NCBI GenBank assembly: GCA_964016885.1
Contig: OZ024741.1
Span: 217,682,001 to 217,746,000 of the forward strand
DNA length: 64,000 bases
DNA from: Eledone cirrhosa
Taxonomy: Eukaryota
Reading direction: 5' to 3'
In this document: positions 1 to 10,741 of the stretch, piece by piece
How the letters are laid out: every line of letters begins with the position of its first letter
Numbering within the stretch: the first letter of the stretch is position 1
Position numbers and translations under genes: made by a program
The notes under the pieces: generated by a model
Seen by the model: only the letters and a program-made list of their open reading frames with translations
Database searches by the model: none
Told to the model about the DNA's origin: nothing

Positions 1-25
1 GCAAAAAAAAGGTTGAGAACCACTG
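1..25. mobile_element. Terminus of a hAT(Charlie)-like MITE cut by the window edge
   Basis: AAAAGGTTGAGAACCACTG resembles the terminus of the hAT MITE at 23285-23303 (AAAAGGTTGCCCATGCCTG); other end not visible. Confidence 0.45.
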
Positions 26-194
26 GTCTGGGGTTACCTATTTGTCTGGCAGGAGCCCACTTTATATCACACCTAACCATCATATCTAGTGGCAATATCA
101 CTATCCACCATCTGTTAGCTGTCCTATAACAGAACAGCTTTACTGAGAACTGGTCCACTTAACTGAAATATGAGCAGCAGCAACTGCTGCAGTG

Positions 195-390
195 AGGTTA
201 ACTCTGTGATAGCCTGGTTTCTTATCCAGGGGTGTGTTTGTACTCTGTCACTTCAGCAATGGAAATGAGCTTGGGACAGACTTTAAACCTGTGAGGAACT
301 GGTATCTTATCCAGGGGGGTGTTTTGAACCCTGTCACATCAGCAATGGAACTGAGCTTGGGACAGACTTTAACCCTGCAAGGGACTGGTC
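195..390. repeat. ~90-bp direct repeat, about 2 copies plus a degenerate upstream copy
   Basis: cttatccaggggg..tgtcac.tcagcaatgga..tgagcttgggacagacttta occurs at ~220 and ~307. Confidence 0.7.
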
Positions 391-454
391 TCTTGTACTT
401 TCAATCACTTAACACCAATGAAACCAGGATAATCACTGGTCTGACAAGGTTCTA

Positions 455-1250
455 GGCTTGGGCCACAGTCTAATGAATGAAACCAGTGAAAGAGTAGTGC
501 CCCAGCATGGCCACAGTCTAATGAATGAAACTAATGAAAGAGTAGTTCCTCAGCATGGCCACAGTCTAATGGCAGTAAAAGAATAAAAGAATGTAGTGCC
601 CTAGCATGGCCATAGTCTAATGACTGAAACCAGTAAAAGAATAAAAGAATGTAGTGCCCTAGCATGGCCACAGTCTAATGACTGAAACCAGTAAAAGAAT
701 AAAAGAATGTAGTGCCCTAGTATGGCCACAGTCTAATGACTGAAACCAGTAAAAGAATAAAAGAACGTGGTGCCCCAGCATGGCCATAGTCTACTGACTG
801 AAACCAGTAAAACAGTAAAAGAAAGTAGTGCCCCAGCATGCCACAGTCTAATGACTAAACCAGTAAAAAAGGTGGTGCCCCAGCATGGCCACAGTCTAAT
901 GACAAACCAGTAAAATAGTAAAAGAATGTAGTGCCCCAGCGTGGCCATAGTCTAATGGCTGAAACCAGTAAAAGAATAAAATGCAGTGCCCCAGCATGGC
1001 CATAGTCTAATGACTGAAACCAATAAAAATAAAAGAATGTGGTGCCCCAGCATGGCCATAGTCTAATGACTGAAACCAATAAAAATAAAAGAATGTGGTG
1101 CCCCAGCATGGCCATAGTCTAATGACTGAAACCAATAAAAGAATAAAAGAATGTGGTGCCCCAGCATGGCTACAGTCTAATGGCTAAACCAGTAAAAAAA
1201 GAATGTGGTGTCCCAGCATGGCCACAGTCTAATGACAAACCAGTAAAAGA
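455..1250 (+). repeat. ~58-bp tandem array (~14 copies) resembling an amplified SINE 3' end
   Basis: Unit gtgccccagcatggccacagtctaatgactgaaaccagtaaaagaataaaagaat with a variable taaaaga-type tail. Confidence 0.9.
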
Positions 1251-1400
1251 GAGGCCAAATTACTCCGCCACCATCAGTATAAAATAGGTGTAGATGGTGC
1301 ATCAATGATTTATATATGTTATTCATGACTAAAACACCTGAGAATGTCCATAGATTAAACTAATTGTAACAGTAGAAATATAATTACTGTAATATATATA

Positions 1401-1480
1401 CAGGGTGTCCCCCAAAAATGTATATACACTTCAACAGCATTCTAATGAAAGTGTGTATATATATTTTTGGGGCCACCCTG
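1401..1480. mobile_element. 80-bp Tc1/mariner-type MITE (near-complete foldback)
   Basis: TIRs CAGGGTGTCCCCCAAAAATGTATATACACTT / AAGTGTGTATATATATTTTTGGGGCCACCCTG, flanked by TA on both sides. Confidence 0.8.
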
Positions 1481-1564
1481 TATATATACTCTAAACATGT
1501 TTAGTAGCCTGGAAAATTGTTGGCTTATTAAAAATTAATTTGGAAACTTTACACACTGGAAATC

Positions 1565-2345
1565 GATCTGTAGGTCAGTGACTGCCTGTGTGTGACCTGG
1601 TGAATTTGGGGACCTTCATACAGGTCAGTGACTGCCTGTGTGTAACCTGGTGAATTTGGGGACTTTCCTACAGGTCAGTGACTGCCTGTGTGTGACCTGG
1701 TGAATTTGGGGACCTTCCAATAGGCCAGCAACTGTCTGTGTGTGATCTGGTGAATTTGGGGACCTTCCTACAGGCCAGCAACTGCCTGTGTGTGTGTGAC
1801 CAGGTGAATTTAGTGACTGCCTATGTGTGACCTGGTGAATTTAAGGACCTTCCTACAGGTTAGTGACTCCCTGTGTGACCTGGTAAATTTAGGGACCTTC
1901 CTATGGGTTAGTGACTCCCTGTATGTGACCTGGTGAATTTAAGGACCTTCCTATAGGTTAGTGACTCCCTGTGTGTGACCTGGTAAATTTAGGGACCTTC
2001 CTACAGGTTAGTGACTCCCTGATGTATCTGGTGGACCTCTGTCTATAGGCAATAAGTGCCTGTATGTGAGGAATTTAGAGCCTTGTCTCTAGTTCAATGC
2101 CTGTGTGTGACCTGATGACTCTAGGGCACTGTTTGTAGGTCAATGACTGCCAGTGTGTGACCTAAAGTATCTGGGTACCTTCCTACAGGTCAATGACTGT
2201 GTTTGTGTGACCTGATGACTTTAGGGCCATTTGTAGGTCAATGACTGACTGTGCATGACCTAATGTGTTTAGGGTCCTGTTTGTAAATAAATGTATGTGT
2301 AACCTGGAAGACCATGACTGCCCATGGGACCTGATAAATTTGGGA
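1565..2345. repeat. 50-bp minisatellite, degenerating rightwards
   Basis: caggtcagtgactgcctgtgtgtgacctggtgaatttggggaccttccta at 1571, 1621, 1671... Confidence 0.9.
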
Positions 2346-2584
2346 CCCTGCTTGATCTTAGATTACTCTTAATAGTTCAAGGTCTAAAATTTGTGAAGGA
2401 GGGCATAGTCAACTTCACTGACCTCAGTTAATGACTGGTATTCCATTTTATAGTAAGTTAAATATATATAAAACCCTCAGCCCCTTCCATTGCTTTACTA
2501 TGACTTAATATTGAGTTAAATATATATAAAATAACCAGTACCTTGTGTTATTATACAATGATTTAAGTTGAAATGGAAATGAAA

Positions 2585-3000
2585 TTTACAGCTCACACCT
2601 ATACAGGATTAACTGGTCTCCTATGAGGTGGTATCTCATGAGGTTTCTTGAGTGTTTTAATGATAAAGAGCCCTAGTCATATCATGTTATAGCATGCACC
2701 TATACAGGTTTAACTGGCCTCCTACAAAGTTGTCTCACAGGTTTTAATGATAAGAGCCCCAATCATCATGCTGTTACAGTACAAACCTATGTAGGTTTAG
2801 TTGTAGCTCATAAAAGGTTTCTTGGGTGTTTTCAGGATAGGAGTCCCATTCTTATGTTATAGCTCACATCTATGTAGATTTAGCAGGCCTCCTATGAGGT
2901 TGTAGCTCATAGGAGGTTTCTTAAGTGTTTTAATGATAAGGGCACCAGATCTATTATACACAAACACACCTATGTAGGTTTAGCTGGGCTCCTTACAGTG
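2585..3000. repeat. Degenerate ~90-100-bp tandem repeat (4-5 copies)
   Basis: Recurrent cacacctat..aggtt(t)a..tgg.ctcct...ggtttctt..gtgttttaatgataag. Confidence 0.7.
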
Positions 3001-3229
3001 TCTTTCATTAGAGATATGGTAATGAAAGGGCTAAAACAGCATGGTGAGAACTGAGGGATAATTGACTTATTTCTTGCATGTTTGAGCAACCATGTAGAGT
3101 CTCAGGTGAGAAATCTGTGGCCTGTTACATTTATTTTCCAACTGTATCATGCTTAGTTTGATAGTTCTACAAATTTACACATTTGATGGAATAGGATTTT
3201 TTTCTTGCAGTTCTTCCTTAAAACCAAAA

Positions 3230-3680
3230 TACTCGACCCCAGTGCATTACTGGTGCTTTATTTTATTGACCTTATAAGGATGAAATACAAAGCTAATCTT
3301 GGTAGGATAATCTTTACAGAATATATTTATAAATATATTCTGTAAAGCATGTTGTCTGACACTCAGCCAATCTACTACCCTAATAAAGGTTTCTACTTTA
3401 GGCACAAGGCCAGCAATTACCCAGTGTACTTTATTTTATCGACCCCGTAAGGTAACCTCGGCAGGATTTGAACTCAGAATGGCAAGGACCATAACTCTAT
3501 GCGTCAAAGCATGACATCCGACCCTCTACAAATCCTCCGCTAATAATGGTTTCTGATTTAGACACAAGGCCAACAATTTTGGGGGAGAGGAAAGTCAATT
3601 AAATCGATGACTCCGTATGGTGGGATTTGAACTAAGAATGTAAAGGGCCATAACTCTATGCCGCAGAACGTTGTCCGACA
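3230..3680 (-). mobile_element. Three stacked partial copies of tRNA-derived SINE family A
   Basis: ggatttgaactcag (reverse-complement B box), ggcacaaggcc tail, tttattttatcgacccc body. Confidence 0.8.
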
Positions 3681-3689
3681 ACAAGATTA

Positions 3690-3895
3690 TTGAAGAAGGT
3701 AAAAACCAAACGGTAGGAGACCTAAGGGTAGAGACCCTGAGCTAGATGGTTGGATAACATCCATGAGCTTGGCTGGTTTTGTTTGGGGATCCAACCAGAT
3801 CAGTTGGAGACCGTTGCTTCTGATAGGACCTGCTGGAAGGAGTGTTTGAGGACTCTGCCCCCCAATGACCCTTCCAGGATTAGGTGGGCGAAGGA
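3690..3895 (+). mobile_element. Degenerate 3' fragment of an older RTE family
   Basis: Similar to 8170-8320 and to the reverse complement of 32365-32420 (ccaa..ggtaggagacc..agatggttggataacatcc). Confidence 0.6.
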
Positions 3896-4073
3896 AAAGA
3901 AGGAGGGAAAATAATTGAAATTGAAAGAAAGCGAATAAGTTAAAGAGATTAAATATCTTTAATTTTAAAATGAAATGTTTAACTGTATAGTACACAGCAG
4001 TTGAATGTGACGGAGAATCAAGGAATACCAACAGAAATAATAACAAGGATTTACTGAGTTTAAAATATAGTCA

Positions 4074-4910
4074 TTATACTGGTGGCAGTCTAAGGTGACT
4101 CCTAGATTTGAGTCTGTCTGTCTGTGACAATTGTAAGCCTTGTAACCATTGGTTACACTTGGCATCACCTTCACGTCCAGAATGAAGAGGGTAGTCCTGA
4201 TCTTCAGAGTCACTGACTCTGTCTTCTAGAATCAGTTCGGAGTTTGGTTCTTCAATGTCGGAAAAGTTGTCCGAGACACTCGTAGAGATGCGGTCAAAAC
4301 GAAACATGTCCTCCGTCGGAGACATTAATGAAGAGGACGACTGTATTTTGGCAGAAAACGGCGGATCACGGAATTGTTTCTTTCCATCTCGATGTCCATC
4401 GCATTCGTTCTGAGTCGTCCAGTCACTGTAACTGTCCATTACTTTAGGGTTTGAGCTGTAGTAATCGCTGAAGTTAGATGTGTCACCTCTGCTGGCCGCA
4501 GTCATCTTTATTGGATGCCGTTGGTACTCCTTGTGGTCAGCCATCGTACTCCCTCCGAAAGAGCCACAGAAATCATCAATATCACTAGAGACAGGAGTAT
4601 GTTCATCATCATCATCGTCTTCATCAAGTAAATGTGGACAGGAACGATGCCGCGACAACTTACAGCCAGACATGTCCAGGAATGGATCAATGGCTGGCAA
4701 TGGTTTGGGAAGGTCTTTCACATTACTCCGCGCTCTCTCGATCCTTCGCATACCTGAAGTCATATTGAAATCAGCTCCAGCGGAGGATTTAGCATGATTC
4801 TTTTTGTAGAGTGAAGGGTGCCGAATTTGGTTTAGTGCTTTCAAAGTATTTTCATTCACTTCTGTGGCTGCTCTTGTTAATGGAGGTCGTTTCTTCTTCT
4901 TCTCCGACAT
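4074..4910 (-). CDS. Uncharacterised 278-aa Ser/Asp-rich, probably disordered protein (whole CDS or terminal coding exon)
   Basis: Only non-repetitive, normal-composition ORF besides the LINE. ATG at 4910-4908 in ACCATG context, 5 nt after a polypyrimidine+TAG acceptor; TAA at 4076-4074. The track's N-terminal extension to 5117 is intronic low complexity. Confidence 0.8.
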   Translation of the reverse strand: MSEKKKKRPPLTRAATEVNENTLKALNQIRHPSLYKKNHAKSSAGADFNMTSGMRRIERARSNVKDLPKPLPAIDPFLDMSGCKLSRHRSCPHLLDEDDDDDEHTPVSSDIDDFCGSFGGSTMADHKEYQRHPIKMTAASRGDTSNFSDYYSSNPKVMDSYSDWTTQNECDGHRDGKKQFRDPPFSAKIQSSSSLMSPTEDMFRFDRISTSVSDNFSDIEEPNSELILEDRVSDSEDQDYPLHSGREGDAKCNQWLQGLQLSQTDRLKSRSHLRLPPV

Positions 4911-4915
4911 GGTCA

Positions 4916-4945
4916 CTATAAAGAAACAAGAAACACAAAATAAAT
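4916..4945 (-). promoter_or_regulatory. 3' splice acceptor (polypyrimidine tract + AG)
   Basis: Minus strand reads tttgtgtttcttgtttctttatAG|tgaccATG. Confidence 0.75.
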
Positions 4946-5207
4946 AAATAGAATAAAATAAAATAGAATAAAGCAACAAACAACAAAAAGAAAAATAAAC
5001 AATCAATTTGTGATTAAAATAAGGGTTGACAAAAACATGCACCATCATCACCACCCCGTCACCACCATCATCATCATCACCGCCACCACCAACATCATCA
5101 TCATCAACAACTACCAAATCTTTAAATTTTTTTTTTATCCTCCACCACTTTAAATAATGTCACAACTTCAATTAATTTTGCCAAAACATTGTTTATTCCC
5201 AAATACC

Positions 5208-6200
5208 ATTAGTTATGTGTCACAACACCCATTAACTATATCACAACACCCATTAACTATATCACAACTCCCATTAACTATATCACAACTCCCATTAACT
5301 ATATCACAACTCCCATTAACTATATCACAACACCAATTAACTATATCACAACACCTATTAACTATATCACAACACCTATTAACTATATCACAACACCCAT
5401 TAACTATATCACAACACGAATTAACTATATCACAACACCTATTAACTATATCACAACACCCATTAACTATATCACAACTCCCATTAACTATATCACAACA
5501 CCTATTAACTATATCACAACTCCCATTAACTATATCACAACTCCCATTAACTATATCACAACACCAATTAACTATATCACAACACCAATTAACTATATCA
5601 CAACTCCCATTAACTATATCACAACACCAATTAACTATATCACAACACCTATTAACTATATCACAACACCTATTAACTATATCACAACACCCATTAACTA
5701 TATCACAACACCCATTAACTATATCACAACACGAATTAACTATATCACAACACCTATTAACTATATCACAACACCCATTAACTATATCACAACACGAATT
5801 AACTATATCACAACACCTATTAACTATATCACAACACCAATTAACTATATCACAACACCTATTAACTATATCACAACACCCATTAACTATATCACAACTC
5901 CCATTAACTATATCACAACACCAATTAACTATATCACAACACCCATTAACTATATCACAACACGAATTAACTATATCACAACACCTATTAACTATATCAC
6001 AACACCAATTAACTATATCACAACACCTATTAACTATATCACAACACCCATTAACTATATCACAACTCCCATTAACTATATCACAACACCAATTAACTAT
6101 ATCACAACACCCATTAACTATATCACAACACCCATTAACTATATCACAACTCCCATTAACTATATCACAACACCCATTAACTATATCACAACTCCCATTG
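5208..6200. repeat. 21-bp minisatellite (~47 copies)
   Basis: cacaac(a/t)c(cc/ca/ct/ga)attaactatat; explains the 355-aa LTISQH ORF. Confidence 0.97.
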
Positions 6201-6839
6201 ATTATGAATCACAGCACCCATTAATTGTGCCACAATACCCATTAACTATGTCACACCCATTAACTATATCACATCTATTAATTATGTCACATCACAATAA
6301 TGATGTTATGAATTCATATTGAAGATATTTTCAACTACTTTTTTTTTTAGATATAATAAACACACAACTTCATATCACAGAATCAGGGGCAGTTTAAAGT
6401 GGTGCAGTATCTCAAGAGTTAAATGTGCTTTCAGAGAAGTAGACTTAGTCAACCCACTTTGCTACAACAACAGATTGGGTAGATTAAGAGACAGCTGTGA
6501 GATAAGATACAAGGAACACTCCCACCCCACGCTGGGGCATCCTTCCCCCTCCACCCACCCCCCGATACAGGCTCAAATGAGGAACGTGTGTGATGTTGCT
6601 TGATTTGCTAGAAATAGCAACCAAATCTCACCTTTCTGTCATTAAAAACTGAAAGGACAAAACCACCACCTCACCACTATTACAACTGCTACTACCACTA
6701 CCATCATTATTGCCACCACGACGACCACCACAACCATGACGACGACCACCACCACCAAATTATAGGCAGTGCTTTTCATTAGAAATATGGTAACAGAAGG
6801 GTTAATATTCAAATAGCTTGCTAAAGAAACAACACACGT

Positions 6840-7021
6840 ATATATGTAGCACAGACACACATATACTATATATTTACATACACACACACACATATATATA
6901 TATACACACACATATATATATATATACACATACACACACACATATATATATATATACACATACACACACATATATATATATATATATACACACACATATA
7001 TATATATATATATACACACAC

Positions 7022-7088
<67 letters not shown>

Positions 7089-7227
7089 TATATATATATA
7101 TACACACACATATATATATATATACACACACACATATATATATATACACACACACATATATATATGTGTGTATATATATATATGTGTGTGTATATATATA
7201 TATACACACATATATATATATACACAC

Positions 7228-7260
<33 letters not shown>

Positions 7261-7266
7261 TATATG
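6840..7266. repeat. Compound (TA)n/(CA)n microsatellite
   Basis: Direct reading. Confidence 0.95.
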
Positions 7267-7574
7267 CAACAGTAATTATCTGAATACACAGCAATAATTA
7301 CATAGGTATGTATAATTACCAAAATATATAGGTGACAATAATCAAGGAATGCTCCTTACAGGAAACCATACAATTAGTTAGTCTGTGGTCTGCCACAGTA
7401 AAGTGGGGGAGGCAGAGGGGTGAGTAGTATAGAGTAGAGATAATGAAGGAGGTAGCAGGTGTGACCAACAGCTAATGTAACAGAATGTTGGTTTTCTAGT
7501 TACCTCTGACTAGCATGTATGAAGGTTTAGTATGTAGCTCAGTGACGGGTTAAGTTGTTAAGGTCGTGAGAGCA

Positions 7575-7818
7575 TTCCCCAGACATGCGCTCCCTTATCA
7601 TAGTCCTCAGTTCTCAGGGAGATTCGGTGTGACACTGTGTGTGACAAAGCTGGCCCCTTTGAATTACATGTACAACAAAGTTTTTGCCAGCTGTGTGGAC
7701 TGACTGGAGTAATGTGAAATAAAGTGTCTTGCTCAAAGACAACACTGTCCGGATTCAGGAATCAAACTCATGACCTTACCAATGTGAACTGAATATCCTA
7801 ACCACTAAGCCACATGAC
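7575..7818 (-). mobile_element. tRNA/CORE-like SINE family B, tail type 1
   Basis: Minus strand: tggcttagtggttagg (A box), gagtttgattcc (B box), cttTgagcaagacactttatttcac core, then a distinct tail. Confidence 0.75.
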
Positions 7819-7853
7819 TTTACCCTTCACATATATATATATAAATATATATA

Positions 7854-8020
7854 CTAGCTGGCCCCATGCTGTCAAAAATGACGGCTAATTGTAGTATTTT
7901 ACATATAAAAAGGTTACAAAGCCTTGTTTTTAGTTTAATAATGCTTTTATCACAAACTTTTTATACAATCGCGAATACTAGCAGCTAAAATGGGGATCCC
8001 TCGAATGGTCTTTGAAGTAA
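7854..8020 (-). mobile_element. Putative Helitron 3' end fragment
   Basis: Minus strand hairpin gccgtca-tttt-tgacagc 10 nt before terminal CTAG|T; 5' end not found. Confidence 0.45.
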
Positions 8021-8024
8021 CGTT

Positions 8025-8330
8025 ACTCGGTAGAATGCATAGCTTGGAGATCAGAGAATCACTCTAGGTAGAGATGCTACTTCTCCGAATTGAGATATCA
8101 CAGCTCTGAAACTATGGGAATGTGGTTAAAATGTCTCAGGAAAGAATCACTGGACAGATTTTATGGGCAAAACCAACCGTCAAGAGACCCAGAGCAAGAT
8201 GGTTGAATAACATCCTTGAGCTTGGCTGGTTTCGGGTGTTTCTGACAGGACCCACTGGAAGGAGGACTCTGCTCCCCATGACCCTCTCAGGAATAAGTGG
8301 GCAAAGAAGATGATAAACTTTTTTGTGGAT
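8025..8330 (+). mobile_element. 3' fragment of the older RTE family
   Basis: Encodes degenerate EIRESL.VE.LLL.IE.SQL..YG.VVKMSQER..., matching the reverse complement of 32365-32562. Confidence 0.75.
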
Positions 8331-8464
8331 AAACTATCCACAGCTAACATAGATAACCAAGATATCTTTGTGCACGTAAGTACATATTTATATGTATGAG
8401 TATATAAATATAAACACAGAAACATACATACACTCACAGAAGTATACATATATTCACAGAAACA

Positions 8465-8822
8465 CAATAATTGTTTCTATTTTTGGCACAAGACCAGCAA
8501 TTATCCAGTGCATTACTGGTACTTTATTTTATCGGCCCCGTAAGGATGAAAGGCAAAGTTAACCTTGGCGGGATTTGAACTGAGAATGGCAAGGGCCGTA
8601 ACTTTGTGCGTTAAAGCATGGCGTCCGACCCTCTACCAATACTGCCAATCCACCACATAATAATTGTTTCTACTTTTGGCACAAGGCCAGCAATTACCCA
8701 GTACATTACTGGTACTTTATTTTATCAACCCCGTAAGGATGAAAGGCAAAGTTAACCTTAGAGGGATTTGACCTCAGATCATAAAGGGACGTAACTATGC
8801 TGGAAAGCATGTCCGACCCTCA
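8465..8822 (-). mobile_element. Two tandem SINE family A copies
   Basis: Full head (tggcagtattggtagag..gagttcaaatcc), ttcatccttacggggtcgataaaataaagtaccag body and agaaacaattatt tail. Confidence 0.9.
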
Positions 8823-8954
8823 ATGTGTGTAGCCAAATCTTTACATATACACACACAAGTGTAGTGCATCTTAGAATGCTGGTTGCTGTTTTCTATAGTT
8901 TGTGACCAACCCCTACCTTCTTCAGTTGTCTCCCTTTCAGTGAGTGATGGACAA

Positions 8955-9155
8955 ATCATGATCACGTCCACTTCTCCATGCTTGCATGGGTTGGATGGGT
9001 CCTTCTCAACACAGCATCTCTCTACTTGTCACGTTCATTCATCTCCTCTGCCAGTCTTAGCAATTTGAGGTCCACTCTCACAATCTCTGCCCAGGGCTTT
9101 CTTGGTTGTCCTCCAGTGCGGCTTCCTTCCACTGGGATTTCCTGGCATTTACACT
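8955..9155 (-). mobile_element. RTE 3' end fragment
   Basis: Encodes KCQEIPVEGSRTGGQPRKPWAEIVRVDL, homologous to the intact ORF C-terminus; ends in aacccatgcaagcatgga..ggacg tail. Confidence 0.75.
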
Positions 9156-9164
9156 CGCTATTAT

Positions 9165-9595
9165 TATTTGGCAGTATCGGTAGAGGGTCTGACGCCATGC
9201 TTTGCAGCAAAGAGTTACGGCCCTTTATGTTCAGAGTTCAAATCCCGCTGAGGTTAACTTTACCTTTCATCCTTACGGGGTCGATAAAATAAAGTACCAG
9301 TAATGCACTGGGTATTTGTTGGCCTTGTGCCTAAAGTAGAAACAATTATCATAGTTGATAAATAGTTGGGGGTGGTGGATTGGCAGAATCGGTAGATTGT
9401 CGGACAACACGATTAGCAGCAGAGAGTCACGGCCCTTTAAGTTCTGAGTTCAAATTCCGCCGAGGTTAGCTTTGCCTTTCATCCTTACAGGGTCGATAAA
9501 ATACGATACCAGTCACATACTGGGGAAGATTTGATCGACTTTCCCTTTCCCCAAAATTGTTGGCCTTGTGCCTAAAGTAGAAACAATTATTATAG
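9165..9595 (+). mobile_element. Two tandem SINE family A copies
   Basis: tggcagtatcgg/tggcagaatcgg A box, gagttcaaat(c/t)cc B box, same body and tail. Confidence 0.9.
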
Positions 9596-9599
9596 TTGA

Positions 9600-9776
<177 letters not shown>

Positions 9777-10080
9777 ATCATCATCATCATTGTCATCAAC
9801 ATTGTTTTTATGCCTGCTTTCCACACTAGCATAAGTTGGATCAGTTATCACAGTCTGAGGTCAGACAGGTCAAGTGGCCACATCTCCTTCATACATTCCA
9901 TATTTGGCATGGTTTCTATAGCTGGATGTCTTTCTTAATATCAACTACATTACATGATGCATTGAGTGTGCTTTTTATCATGGTTCCGACATTACCACTT
10001 TATATAGAGGACTGAGTGGATTTTATTATAGCAACACCACTACCATTTTTAAGAGTGGACTGGGTGTATTTTATTATAGC
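9777..10080 (-). mobile_element. Degenerate RTE 3' UTR with (TGA)n tail and decayed 48-bp units
   Basis: catcatcat tail, ttccacactagcat, tttctatagctggatg motifs shared with the LINE 3' UTR. Confidence 0.6.
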
Positions 10081-10497
10081 ATGGAAGAGCTGAGAGGAAA
10101 GCTGAGTACACGAGGAATCAGATGTAGCATGCAGGAAAGAAGATTGCAGACAAGTGGAGGGATGATGTACTGAGAGGACTTGTCTAACCTATGAAGAGGT
10201 GGGGAAAGATGACCACAAGAAAGTACGCCTCACAAAGAAGATGGCACATGAATGAGACATGTGGAGAGATGATGTACTGGAGAGGATCTGTCTAACCTAT
10301 GTAGAGGTGGGGAAAGCTGACCACAAGACACTACAAGTCAAAAAGGAGATGATAAAAGACAGAAACAATGGAGAGATGTTATACTGGAGAGGACTGTCTA
10401 ACCCATGCTGAGATGATGAAGGATGACCTCAACATATCAAACCTTACAAAGGAGATGACACAGCAATGAGACAAATGGAGGTATGGTATACCAGAGA
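10080..10497 (+). mobile_element. RTE ORF C-terminal fragment with degenerate ~115-bp tandem duplications
   Basis: EELRGKLSTRGIRCSMQERRL matches intact NELRERLSIRGIKCCVQERRL; followed by repeated gctgacc..aaggagatga..tggag..gaggac.tgtctaacc units. Confidence 0.7.
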
Positions 10498-10499
10498 GG

Positions 10500-10741
10500 C
10501 ACATGGCTTAGTGGTTAGAGCATTGAGCTTGCAATCGAAAGGTTGTGAGTTCAATTCTCGGACCGGGTGATGTATTGTTTCCTTGAGCAAGATACTTTAT
10601 TTCACATTGCTCCAGTTTACTCAGCTGTAGAAATGAGATGATAGGACTGGGGTCCCTATCATTAAATTACCCAAGACACCTCCAACGAGATATACCTTGG
10701 AGGAGGCCATCTAAACCTGCATAGGTTGAGCTGTTACACAC
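10500..10741 (+). mobile_element. SINE family B, tail type 2, with ~12-bp TSD
   Basis: A/B boxes, CORE-like ccttgagcaagatactttatttcac, hairpin, unique tail ending acacac; flanked by ataccagagagg on both sides. Confidence 0.85.

Noticed and set aside
455-1250. Possible CRISPR array or minimal hammerhead ribozymes (ctaatga-ct-gaaac)
   Set aside because: No unique spacers or cas genes in a eukaryotic context; the core lacks the conserved CUGA, and stems I/II cannot be drawn
4911-5117. N-terminal extension of the 347-aa ORF
   Set aside because: Trinucleotide and T-rich intron sequence upstream of a clear acceptor
5157-6224. 355-aa ORF (LTISQH repeats)
   Set aside because: Translation of a 21-bp minisatellite, antisense to the gene's intron, with no unique coding flanks
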